A stretch of DNA of 64,000 nt from Eledone cirrhosa (taxonomy: Eukaryota), in NCBI GenBank assembly GCA_964016885.1, contig OZ024740.1, positions 261,330,001 to 261,394,000 on the forward strand. Reading direction: 5' to 3'. The notes beneath the pieces were generated by a model, which saw only the letters and a program-made list of their open reading frames with translations, was not told the DNA's origin and did not search any database. The number at the start of each line of letters is the position of its first letter. Within the stretch, counting starts at the first letter, position 1. Below, piece by piece: positions 50,317 through 63,055 of this stretch. The translations under genes and the position numbers were made by a program.

Positions 50317-51865
50317 GTAAATAGACAATTCTTCTTTTCCTTATCTACTTTTTACTTTTCCATTATAATTTTAACTTCTGTTGTCAATCTATTTTATTTT
50401 ATTTTTTAGCAGGGATCAAGTTGGTTTCACTCTCTTAGTCTCTCTCTTTTATTCTCCCTCTTTCTTTCTTTTACTCCCTCCCTCATATGGCTTTGTGGTT
50501 AAAGAGTTTGCCTTGTAACCATATAGTCTCAAGCTTGCTTCCACTATGTGGCACCATCGACAAGTCTCTTTTATTATAGCCACAGGTTGATCAATGCCAT
50601 GGGAGTGAAATTTGTGAGACAAACTGCAAAAGACTGTCATGGATAAAAAGACAATAAATGACGATGATGATGATGTGTGTGTCCATGTGTGTATTTACAT
50701 ATGTGTCTGTATCTGTGTTTATGTTCTGTAACAGGGAGGCTGTCATGTCCTTGACACGACTGAAGAGTCCTTCCACCCTTTTGTTTGGCTGGATGCCCTT
50801 CCTAACACTAACCACTTTACAGACTGTACTAGGTGCATTTATCATGTAAATCACCAACACTAAGGAGATTGTCATGTTTTTGACACTACAGAAAAATCAT
50901 CCTGACACTTTGTTTGGTAGGTTTTCTAAGGTTGGATGCTCTTCCTATCACAGAGTGTACTGGTTCCATTTATCGTGTAGATCAGCAACACTAGGGAGGT
51001 TATCATGTTCCCCGCACAATTAAAGTGTCCTCTCAAACCTATACATATGTGTGTGTAATGAAAATTCTCATTCTAAATTTGTTTATCTGAAGAGAGCAAT
51101 GTATGTATTTCCATTTATGGGAAAGATGATAACAAGTTTATAATGAAAATTTTAACAGTATAAATGTAGGGCAGAATTCAAAAGACTTGTTAGATATCAA
51201 ACAGTTATCTTTACATGCTCTCGCTCTCTCTCTCTCTCTTCGCCTGCTTATTCTTGAGAGGGCCGTGGGAGCATAGTCCTCAAACACTCTTTCCAGCAGG
51301 ATCAGCCATGCTCATGGATGTTATTCAACCATCTTGCTCAGGGTCTATCTCTGGTTCTCCAATTCTTTCCTGAAACCATTGAATGTGGGAATCTGACTCT
51401 GCCAAGGGTGCATACTGTCATCTTTCCTGTTCATTATTTTCATGAATAGGTTTGACATGTGCAGCTGGGTTGGAATTGGTATCATGATTAGCAAGTGTTA
51501 AAATATGTAAATAGAATTTAAACTCACTACTTTCTATGTATGTCAAGTGTTAGGTTTAATCTCAGTGATATCAGGACAAATAGCCTATCATTGTAATATT
51601 ATCATAAGCATTACAGTACTTCAAATAATACCTTACTTTGAAGCTGTTATTAACTGGATTATTATAATCATGTAATGATTCGGCAAAAAATATCTAAAAA
51701 CTGCTTTGTTAATTCAAATGTTTATAGTGTCTCTAGCAAAGGGCCTGACTTTCACCTGCTGAGGCCCTAAGCTATATGAAATGTGAGGCCATTCTCTAAA
51801 AAAAGAATATAATTATTATTTTTTATTTTAATGTTAATGATTAGTATAAATAATATTTATATATA

Positions 51866-52712
51866 CTAGCCGAATTTCCCGCCCGTTGCTGCATTTCACA
51901 CATTTTTTTTTGTAAGAAAATGATGATTGATTTTAAATCAGTGATATAATTTATGGAGAAAAACTCTGCATTTCAATATTACTCAATGTAAAATGTAATG
52001 CATGAAAAATTGGAAAACATTATTTTTTTGTAATTAGGGCGGTGAATTGGCAGTATCGTTAGAGGGTTGGACGCCATGTTTTCTAGCATAGTTACGTCCC
52101 TTTACAGTCTGAGTTCAAATCCCGCTGAGGTTAACTTTGCCTTTCATCCTTACGGGGTCGATAAAATAAAGTACCAGTAATGTACTGGGTAATTGCTGGC
52201 CTTGTGCCTAAAGTAGAAACAATTATTTTTTGTAATATATCAAATCAAAATTACATTATTAAATCTTATTCTTATTTTGTTTCTTGTAAATAATTTTTTT
52301 CAAAATATCACTTCAAAACTTGATCATTTCATTTTTGTGTAAAGCATTATTTTGAAATTAGAAATTCAAAGTTCCAATACTCAAGTTATGGGCTTCCAAA
52401 ATGTTCACTATAGGGGGTTTAACCCCCATTAGGGTATCTTAATATTATTGAAATTTGCTGAAATTTTGTGAATAGGCATCATATCTTGTCATTTACCTAT
52501 GGTTTAAATTTCATATAAATCGAAGAGAAAAAATTTTCTGCGGCAGTTTGTCTCCCAGGAACCCTTTGATTAAAATGAAATATACTTATCCAAGTACCCT
52601 GGGCAATGTAGTTTCAGAATATATATGGTTATGGGAGTCTATCTCCTAAACCATAGGAAGAGTTTATGAACAAACAAACAAATAGACAGGAACTACAACT
52701 TTATATATTAGG
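51866..52712 (-). mobile_element. Non-autonomous Helitron-like element with a nested SINE (52036-52226)
   Basis: ACTAG plus GC-rich subterminal sequence at 51866; ctaatatataaag-type start near 52710; SINE flanked by an attattttttgtaat duplication. Confidence 0.55.
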
Positions 52713-52864
52713 TTATGCAAGAAATGCTTAGGATTATCCTGAATGCAGTAATGGTTAATTACTACACTAGATAGAGTTGACGTACGGTGAGGGGTTACTG
52801 AATGAGTTATGGAAGAATAGTTGAAGAAACCCAGTTTCTGATCCTTCTGTATTCTGGAGTGTAG

Positions 52865-53126
52865 ATAAAGAATGAATAATAACAGGTAGACATCATAAAA
52901 AAGGTAATTTATTCCGAGTGCTTACAAATGTTTCAACAGTAGTTATACAATTTTCAAATACGAGGAAACGGTAGAAGCAGCATTTGAAAATTGAGTTTCT
53001 GCAAATTACAAACAATTACCAATTTGCACATAGCATGACTAGGCTATATAACTACTGCTGAAACATTTGTAAGCACTCGGAATAAATTGCCTTTTTTATG
53101 ATGTCTACCTGTTATTATTCATTCTT

Positions 53127-53129
<3 letters not shown>
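52865..53129. repeat. Fold-back element with ~85-bp arms carrying a hammerhead 3' half
   Basis: 52865-52947 is inverted to 53047-53129; GAAACATTTGTA followed by AATAAA. Confidence 0.85.
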
Positions 53130-53162
<33 letters not shown>

Positions 53163-53544
53163 TTCCGTTATAATGAAAAATTCTTTATAATGAGATCAAC
53201 CAAAACACATTGAGCATGTGGCCGGGAATTGAAAAAAATGTCATTATACTGAAAAATTCGTTATAATGGTATTTGTTATAACAGAATTTTACCTAAATTG
53301 TACTCTCAAAGACGTCATGTTACAATTAACATGCCGGGAGTACGAATATTCGTCAACATACAATTTGGGTTTTATTCTTCAGACTAATCTCATGGTAAGC
53401 CAACTTCCAGGTCATTGATCATCACACTTTTTTGTAACTTATCACCGATTCCTGTAGTTGACCTAAATGTGACTAAGCGTGTACACGTGTTCAGAATCCA
53501 TATGAGTGGATGTGATATATATATATATATGCACTGGTAGTGTA

Positions 53545-53724
53545 TACGAGAGTAATCCCAAAAGTAAGGTCTCCTTCTGAGGAAAACATGCGTAAAGATC
53601 GGCGGATCACTCTGGATGCTCTCTGCATTTTGGTTCCTGAGGTTTCCCGAAGCACCATCCACAGGATTTTAACGGAAAAGTTGCAATATCGAAAGGAGAC
53701 CTTACTTTTGAGATTGCCTTCGTA
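53545..53724 (+). mobile_element. Internally deleted mariner (MITE)
   Basis: 30-bp TIRs tacgagagtaatcccaaaagtaaggtctcc / ggagaccttacttttgagattgccttcgta; TA flanks; transposase HTH remnant DRRITL...VSRSTIHRILTEKLQYRK. Confidence 0.9.
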
Positions 53725-53899
53725 TATATATATATATACATTAGACTACAGAATTTGGAGAGTCTGAACAATCTGAACACTCAATGATGATAGCAAAGAT
53801 AAAGATAAATTCCCCTCCCTTTGCTGGATGAGAATGCAAGGACTCCTCTTTATTTCAGATACGGATGGCCAACATAATTCCATCTCCCACACCCTTCCC

Positions 53900-56088
53900 T
53901 GTGCCTCCCACCCATCTCTTCCACCCACCCAACGAAACCCAAAACTTCAGAGTTGGTACCATGAATGTAGGCAATTGAAAGGTTGGTCAAATGAGGTTGT
54001 AGAGATGGTTGAACGTAAGGAAGTTGATGTTAGTTGTGTTCAAGAGACTAGGTTGAGAGGGGCCAGCAAGTAGAGGGGCCAGCAAGTTGAAGGTAGTATA
54101 ATAAGTAAGGCAATCAAAGATATGAAGATACGCAAGGCAGCTGGGCCTTTGGAGATAGTTGCTGAGATGTTGAAGGCTTCTGGAATGGTGGGACATACTA
54201 TGGTCACCCGGATAGTAAACCAAGTAATACAGAATGGGGTCATACCAAATGACTGGCATAGCAGCATCATCATTAACTACTACAAGGGTAAAGGAGAAGC
54301 TCTAGATAGGGGAAACTATAGAGGCATTAAGTTAGTTGACCAGGTCATGAAGGTCACAGAAAGAGTTATAGCACAGCTAATCAGAAATCGAATTGATCTA
54401 GATGAAATGCAGTTTGGGTTTGTGTCAGTTAAAAGTACCACAGATGCTCTTTTCCTTGTACGACAACTACAGAAGTACCTAGCTAAAAGTAAACCCATCT
54501 ACTTAGCTTTTGTTGACTTGGAGAAAGCTTTTTACAGAGTCCCCTGCTCTATTATCTGGTGGGCCCTTAGAAAACTAGGTGTAGATGAATAGCTTGTGAG
54601 AGCTATACAAGCCATGTATAAAAAAACAGTCAGCAAGGTTAGAATTAAGAATGAATATAATGAAGAATTTAGTGTAAAAGTTGGTGTTCATCAAGTCTCT
54701 GTCCTTAGTCCCCTCCTGTTTATCATTGCTCTTCAGGCTATAACAGAGGAGTTCAAGACTGGCTGCCCATGGAAACTTCTATACACAGATGATCTAACTC
54801 TCATAGCTGAATCTATGGCTGAACTAGAGAAGAAATTCCAAACATGGAAGCATGGCCTAGAATCAAAAGGCCTTAAAGTTAACTTGTCTAAGACTAAAGT
54901 TCTAGTATGTAGAAAGGAAAATAGGGCACAGGTGCCCTCTGGGATGGCCTTGCTCAGTGTGTTGGAAAGGAGTAGGTAGAAATTCCATTTTATGTCCCAA
55001 ATGCAAACTATGGGATCACAGGCAACTTTCTAAGAATATAGATTTTATATGTGGCCGGTGCTCAGGTGCAATAAGTAGCAGGTGCCCACAGATGGTTCTA
55101 TAGAAATAGTGGACACTTTCCGTTACCTGGGTGACAAAATCAGCAGTGGTGGAGGGTGCTCTGAAAGTACAGTAGCCAGAGTTAGAACGGGATGGAAAAA
55201 GTTCAGAGAGCTTATACCGCTGTTGGCCACAAAAGGTTTCTCTGTAAAAATGAAAGGCAGATTGTATGATGCTTGTATACGAACAGCAATGTTACATGGC
55301 AGTGAGACATGGGCATTGTGTGCAGAGGACCTGTGCAGACAGGAAAGGAACGAAGTATGCATGCTCCGTTGGATGTGTAATAGTAATATACACGAACGGC
55401 TAAACAGAAATGAACTAAGTGAGAAATTAGGAATAAGAGGGATCAAATGCTGTTTACTTGAGAGAAGATTATGTTGGTATGGTCACGTGATGCGCATGAA
55501 AGACGACAGCTGTATAAAAAATTGCAGAGCGATCAAAATTGATGGAAGTTACGGAGTTGGTAGACCCAGAAAAACCTGGGACGATTTGATAAATTCTGAC
55601 CTTGCACACTTGCACCTCTCTAAGACAATGTCACTGGATCAAGATCTTTGGCACCACACAGTAATACAGAAGACCCACCTTCCCTACGTGCAAAGTTAAC
55701 CTACAGTCAGTAGGCCCCTCCAAACCAAACATACATCCCAACCCACTACCCCTACTCCATCATTACACTCCCGCCAACACCACCCCTTTCTCTATAAAGT
55801 TATGTTGGTACCACAACATCCAGTCCAAACTAATGAGGTTGTGTAGGTGTCACGACAAAAAAACACAGTCCACGCTGTAATGTGGTCGTGTAGGTAACAC
55901 GGTAAAAAGCTCCCAGTCCACACTGTAAATATGGTTGGTGTTAGGAAGGGCATCCAGCCGTAAAAAACCTGCCAGATAGTCCTATATGAGTAAGACACAG
56001 TCACCCGACCAATCTTGCCTCAAATGGGACAATTCCAATCTAACCCCCGCTAGCGTAGAAAATTGACGTTAAACGATGATGATGATGA
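53900..56088 (+). mobile_element. RTE-clade LINE with most of the APE domain deleted
   Basis: APE start (CVQETR), then RT (NYRGI.L, QFGF, FVDLEKAF, GVHQ.SVLSPLLF, YTDD, FRYLG); 3' UTR with 48-bp units and (GAT)n tail. Confidence 0.93.
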
Positions 56089-56834
56089 TATATATATATA
56101 TATATATATTTTTATCATCAGTTTTTATTCTTTGAAATTAAATCATCAAAAATGATCTATATATCTTGTAGTGAACCTGGGCACTGTACACAAAAATTTC
56201 ATTATTATTATTATAATTTTTGCTGATTTAATGATTTAATGTCAAAGAATAAAAACTAATGATAAAATAGAAATATATTTTCAAAAAATGAGCCCCTCCT
56301 CCTTTACGGATGTATGACCCTAAACTATAGATTATTTACCTTATAAGTATGTCCAGCACTGATTTACAAGTGGATATAACTTTGTGGAAATGTTGATTGA
56401 AAAAAAAACATTTAAAAATATTTTTTTATATACTCATGCATGAGGCCTCAAAGTTTTGTGAGAAGGTGGATATATATATACAAATGTGAAGAATCAAAAC
56501 AACAAATATGTTTGATTTTTGTGTTTCACAATAAATCAACTCAATAGACTATGTTCAGAGCCTTAATATATATATATAGAGAGAGAAAGGACCATACATC
56601 CACGAGAAAACACAATATATTGTATATATACAGAGCACATATTTCAAAGAAATATATGTATTCTAGATGGAATCAAAAAAGCTCCCTATAGCGCTATTTC
56701 GTGTTGTGTAAACTATAACTTAAAATCGATCTATGTGATTGATTATCAATCACAAACTATTGATTATGATTAAGATATGAAAGACTTACCAGAGATAATA
56801 GTGAAGTACTACACTATAATCACACACATATATG

Positions 56835-58060
56835 TATATTGGTATGGTCATGTGATGCATATGAAGGACGACAGATGTATAAAAAAGTGCAGGGCTATCA
56901 GAATTGATGGAAGCTGCGGAGTAGGTAGACTCAGAAAAACCTGGGACGGGGTGATAAAAACTTACCTTGCACAATAAGAATGTAGATTTTTATATGTGGC
57001 CGATGCTCAGGTGCTATAAGTAGCAAGTGCCCACAGGATACTAGCTCCTTCTATTGTCCAGCCATCTGGATTCTAGGCCATCCTTCTATAGAAATAGTGA
57101 CACCTTCCGTTACCTGGGTGACAAAATCAGCAGTGGTGGAGGGTGCTCTGAAAGTACAGTAGCCAGAGTCAGAACAGGATGGAAAAAGTTCAGAGAGCTT
57201 ATACCACTATTGGCTACTAAAGGTTTCTCTCTAAAAATGAAAGGCAGATTGTATGATGCCTGTATACGAACAGCAATGCTACATGGCAGTGAGACATGGG
57301 CATTGCGTGCAGAGGAATGAAGGATCTATGCTCCGTTGGATGTGTAATAGTAATTAATATACACGAACGGCAAAGTATAAATGAACTAAGTGAGAAATTA
57401 GGAATAAGAGGGATCAGATGCTGTTTACTTGAAAGAAGACTATGTTGGTATGGTCACATGATGCGCATGAAAGATGATAGTTGTATAAAAATGTGCAGGG
57501 TGATCAAAATTGATGGTAGTTACGGAGTAGGTAGACCCAGAAAAACCTGGGATGACATGATAAATTCCAACGTTGCACACTTACACCTCTCTAAGACAAT
57601 GTCACTGGACCGAGATCTTTGGCGCTACGCAGTAAGTAATACAGAAGACCCACCTTGCTTATGTACAAAGCGAAAGCTACAATCAGTAGGCACCTCTTAA
57701 CCCAATATACACCCCACCCCACACACCCTACTCCGTCCTCCCATTTCCGCCCACACCACCCTTTCTCTGTAAAGTTATCTTGGTACCCAACATCCAGCCA
57801 ACACAAAAGTGGTCGAGTAGGTGTCACAACAAAAAGCACAGACCACACTGTATAGTGGTCATGTAGGAAACATGGTAAAAAGCACCCAGTCCACACTGTA
57901 AGTGTGGTTGGTGCTAGAAAGGCCATCCAGCCGTAGGAAATCAGCCAGAAACAGTTCTATACAAGTGAGACACAGTCACCTGACCAATCTTGACTCAATT
58001 GGGACAAACCTGTCTAACCCATGCTAGCATGGAAGATAGATGTTAAATGATGATGATGAT
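56835..58060 (+). mobile_element. Second RTE 3' portion of the same family
   Basis: Closely matches ~55030-56088. Confidence 0.9.
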
Positions 58061-58651
58061 ATTTACACAAATACACACAAATCTGTATGAACAAGTTTCC
58101 AGATTTTACTTGTATCATTATGTGACAACTCGTCTAACCCATGCAAGCATGGAAAAACAGACATTAAATGATGATGATATTTATCATCATCATCATCATC
58201 ATCATCATCATTTAACAACTGCTTTCCCTGTTAGCAAGGGTTGGACTGGGTCTACATAGACCAAGTATTGGACAGGTCTATGTAGACCATGTGCCTTCAC
58301 ATAAACAGTAACATAAACCATTTGGGGACAGCAGTATTTGAGAGGGGAAAATATCATTTCTCCTGATATGCTCAATTTCTTTATAAATATCATAATCAAT
58401 TTTATACATTCAGCAAAAACAACTGGCCTGAATAAAACTCCTGACATCATTTATTGTACAATTATTTTACTTACATTATTAGAAATCATCTGAGCCTTTT
58501 CAGAAATTACATTTATTTTTTGCTAGGGCATCCAACTATAGAAAGCTTGCTAAACAAAAGGTTAGGAGGACTTTTCAGTTATGTCAAAGACATGACAACC
58601 TCTCTAGTGCTTTGTGCCATGATAGAATGCACTCAGTAGAATGTGGAAGTG

Positions 58652-58847
58652 TATGAGGGGGTGCTGAAAAGTTCCTGGATTTGGGTTAAAGAAAATACAG
58701 GAGGATTAGTTAATTATGATTTTATTCAACATATTCCCCTCTCAGATTCACACACTTATTGCAGCAGTCTAACCTCCCCTGTACAGGTAACAGCTTTACC
58801 CTTTTGCGATGCCGTAAAAGTCAGGAACCTTTCAGCACCCCCTTGTA
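58652..58847. mobile_element. mariner-type MITE
   Basis: TIRs tatgagggggtgctgaaaagttcctg / caggaacctttcagcacccccttgta. Confidence 0.85.
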
Positions 58848-59837
58848 TGTAAGGAACATGCAAACCCCCAGCCTATCTGGGAAGTCAGTAGTCTTGTTTC
58901 AGTACTGACTTGGTCTTTGAAGACCCATCCAGCCCTTGCTAGCACTGAAAGTGGATGTTAAATGATGATGATTATGATGATACAATAGCAAAGATTGATC
59001 CTCATTTCCAGCCAATACCACTCAAAAACTTTAGTCCTTTTATTATCAACCCAGTCTAAACTACCCCTGGTTCTATAAAACAAATTTGCCCATTTTAAAG
59101 GGTTCTTTATTAAATTAAAAACCTCCCAACATAATTAATGTAAAAACATTTAAATTATGCTCTAAAGACCAAATAAATAATTAGTATAGTTAATACAAAG
59201 CATTGTAAGATATGTAATAAAAGGTCGATAAGTTTCAGAAAGCAGGTACAATACAGTAGAAATATATAAAGGGTAAAGGATGACAAACAAAACAAAACAA
59301 AGTAATGTTTTACCCAGTATATTTCAACATAATATCTCAGAGCTATTACCTTCTTTTCAAATGGGAAGTGTTTGTTTTTGTTTGTGGATTGGCAGTATCG
59401 GTAAAGCATCGGACAACCTGTGTTGCAACATAGAGTTACAACCCTTTACATTATGGGTTGAAATTCTGCTGAGGTTAGCTTTACCTTTGATCCTTGATAC
59501 ATTAAAATACCAGTAACACAATGGGGTCCATTTAATCGATTTTTCCCCTTCCCTTCAAATTGTTGAGCTTGTTCCTAAATCAGAAATCATTGTTAAAATT
59601 ATAGCAGTTAATTCTTATTTTATTTATTTATAATTGAAATAGAAATAGAAGCTTTGCCATAATATAGTCTAATAATGGGGCATATAAACTCACTGAACAG
59701 AAAAAGATGGGTATCAGCACACTCCATTATTAGACTATATTATAGTAAAAAATATTACAGCGAAGCTACTATTTCAATTCTAAACTTTACTTGCCAGATT
59801 TCAAACATACTTTATTTATTCATATTTTATTCAATAG

Positions 59838-59941
59838 TTGCTGGTCACAAGGGTCAGTTTGTTGCTGGTTACTTGGATGGAAAATATGTCCTCATCATGC
59901 AAGGACGACTACATGCCTATGAAGGCTATTCAATGGCAATG
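59838..59941 (+). CDS. PNP: PNP exon 3
   Basis: (V)AGHKGQFVAG...MQGRLHAYEGY; 104 nt; AG/GT boundaries. Confidence 0.95.
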
Positions 59942-60777
59942 GTAGGTAAATTCTAACAATATTTAACTATTACACTTTATCAAAATTCTGTGACATTTTC
60001 TTTTTCTTCATTTTTCTGATGTGTTCTTTTTTTTTTTTGCATAAATTTTGAAAGGAAGCAGATTTGTCTCTAAAATATGACTTTTCCTAAAATTTATCCT
60101 GTTAAATGCTCACAAAACTGATTTTGAAAAACAAATTTTCCCATGACAACGGCAGGAGTTGAACAGGTGGTATAAAATTAACACATTTGATGCCAACACA
60201 GCCAAAATCAGTTCTGGATGTAAGGAGCAAAGTCACTAATTTTTCAAGATTTCTTTTTGAAATTTAAGTCTTTCAACATAATTTTATGTAAGAACAATTT
60301 GTTACAAATACTGTCTTAATAATGAAATAATGAAGAATTTTGGTAAATCCTTCCAAATTCTTAAATAATTAACTGATCACCTGACACCCCCCTGGTTCTG
60401 TAATACTAAATTATTTATTTTAACCCTTTCACCTGCATTCCTAATGAAATACACACTGTTTCAATTAGTGAAGTATTCTGAGGAATTTATTAAACTTATT
60501 AATTATTTCATTACTAAGATAGAAACTTTATGTATGTTGGAAGATTTTAATATAAATCAGAAACCTTTAAAATGGAACCAGAACTGGTTTTGGCCGATTG
60601 GTAATAAAAGTGTTAAAGTGTTCATTAAAAAAAAAAATTTCAACATAATTTTGTGTAAAAAACTTTAAGTTATGTTTCAAACATCAGTTTAATAATGAGA
60701 AAGTTAGTTGATTAATTTCAAAATGTTTTCGCCATGTAGTGTGTTTTTATTTTCCCTAAAATCTCCTATACTTGCAG

Positions 60778-60953
60778 GCTACAATGCCAGTTCGAGTGAT
60801 GAAGCTTCTTGGTGTGGAAACTTTGATTGTCACCAATGCAGCTGGCGGCCTTAATGAAAAATTTAATGTAGGAGATTTTATGATCATTAAAGACCAAATC
60901 AATTTCCCTGGTTTTGTTGGAATTAATCCACTGAAAGGACCAAATGATGAAAG
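60778..60953 (+). CDS. PNP: PNP exon 4
   Basis: [23 protein letters not shown]...[19 protein letters not shown]; 176 nt. Confidence 0.97.
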
Positions 60954-61309
60954 GTAAGCTAAATTTTTGTAGTGGTTTTTGTAATTATTGTTGTTACTGT
61001 TGTTGTGTTTTTTATTTTTTTTTCTATTTTGTAAAATAAGAAGGAAAATAAGAAGACTATAGAAGGAACATAAGAATTTTTAGTATTCTAACAAAACGCG
61101 AACCCCTTCATTGCTATATTTCTCTCAAATACACTATATTTCAATTAATTAATGAAGAATTTGGTGGGATTTCTAGACTTACCAATAATTTCATTATTAA
61201 GATAGTATTTGTACCATAATTTAACAAAAGGATTTTATTTATTATGTTGGAAGCTTTTAATTTAAATAGCAACTCTTTAAAATGGGTGGTTTTGTTTCAT
61301 AGAACCAGT

Positions 61310-61550
61310 ATCAAGATGGTTATGATTTGCAGAACATTGCTGGAGAAGTTAACAGGAAGTTATACACAAGCTACTATTGTGGGAACCAACTCACAGGAGA
61401 TGCAGTAGAGGGAGACCTGCTCGAACATTCATTGATCAACTCTCAGATGATACAAACCTCAGTAAGGAACAGTTGCCAGGAGCAATGGAAAATCGTGAAT
61501 TTAAAGAGAATTTGTCAGGAATGTTCAACTGTGGACGCAATGATGATGAT
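61310..61550 (+). mobile_element. RTE-like LINE 3' end (third family)
   Basis: LWEPTH...RGRPARTFIDQL...AMENR followed by a GAT tail. Confidence 0.75.
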
Positions 61551-62289
61551 AATATATATATTGTTATATTTGGGGAGGGTCATATTATTATAATATTGCC
61601 AGAAATAATAATAAAACACACTCACTGTTTGGTTTGGATTGGTTTTCGCTTCTGTATATTTTATATCCCTATAGTTAATTTAGCTGGCAATCAATGTTTA
61701 ACATTAATTGGCCAACGGTTAAAAATATAGATATAAATATATATATATATATAGTCTATCAAAGTTCTTTCATCACACACCTGTGACATATATATAAGTG
61801 GTAGAGGTTATTAGAGCATAGGACACTTTGCAGTATTTATTGCGACTTTCTACACTATGAGTTCAAATCCTGCCAAGATGAACTTTGCTTTTTATCATTT
61901 TGGGGGTCAATGAAATAAAGATACTTTGTGGTATTTCTTTGAGGATTTTGTGTTCTGAGTTGAAATTCTCTTTGGGGCCTACTTGGTTGGTAGATTTAAT
62001 CCATCACCTAGTTTGACACCCCACTTTAGGTACCTCCACTGTGTTGTAAGTATTTAGATCAGGTATGAGCATATTTCTCTCTTCCTTTTACCAGTCACAA
62101 GGGTGTAGAAATGGGTTTGGGGCACTGTCATTCTCTCTCTGAGTAGATAGTGAAAAAAAAAAGAACACATATCATTTTACATTCACTTTCGATGCTGGCA
62201 GGCATGGATGGATGGTTTGTCAAGGCTCATGCATTCCTTATTTGATTTGATTTCTGTGACTGGATGTCCTTCCTAATGCCAACTAATTT

Positions 62290-62732
62290 CCAGAGTGTAC
62301 TGGATGTGTTTTATTGTGGTACCAGCATTACCACTTCACAGAATGTACTGGGTGAATCTTATCATGGCACCAACTTTACCACTTTACAGAGTGCACTGGG
62401 TGCATTTTATCGTAGCACCAGCTCTATCACTTTACAGAATGTACCTGGTGAATTTTATCATAGCACTAGCTCTACCACTTTACAAAATGTACTGGGTGAA
62501 TTTTATCATGGTGCTAGCTTTATCACCTTACATAATATGCTGGGTGCATTTTATTGTGGTACCAGTTCTACCACTTTATAGAATGTACTGAGTGCATTTT
62601 ATTGTGGTACTAATTCTATCACTTTACAGCATGTATTGGGGACATTTCATCATGATACTAGTTCTACCACTTTATTGAGTGTATTGGGTATATTTCATCA
62701 TGACACCAGCTCTACCACTTTGAGTGTATTGA
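62290..62732 (-). repeat. 48-bp tandem array (~9 units) in a retroposon tail
   Basis: accactttacagaatgtactgggtgcattttatc... with period 48; preceded by ggatgtccttcctaatgccaac. Confidence 0.9.
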
Positions 62733-62798
62733 ACTAATTTGTTTTGTTGTTGGTTTTATTTTGTGTAATATTTATTTTTCCTTTTTTTTATGTTGTAG

Positions 62799-62989
62799 AT
62801 TTGGCCCAAGATTCCCATCTATATCAAAAGCTTATAATTTAGAATATCGTAAACTTGCTTGTCAAATTGCTGAAGAACTAGGATATTCCCAATATCTACG
62901 AGAAGGTGTATATTGTTCTCTTGGTGGTCCAGCCTATGAAACTGTAACCGAATGTCGTTTCCTCAGAAGCGTTGGAGCTGATGCTGTTG
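62799..62989 (+). CDS. PNP: PNP exon 5
   Basis: FGPRFP...EGVY..LGGPAYET..EC.FLR.VGADAVG; 191 nt; the final exon lies beyond the window. Confidence 0.97.
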
Positions 62990-63055
62990 GTAAGTTCATT
63001 TCATTTGAGACTTAGTTCTGGTAAATTCTGTGTTGCTTTGTCAGTGGACAATTTC

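Noticed and set aside
62264-62732. CRISPR-like array or 16-aa repeat protein
   Set aside because: Contiguous diverged 48-bp units with no unique spacers and no cas genes, in a eukaryotic retroposon tail; frames stay open only because 48 is divisible by 3.
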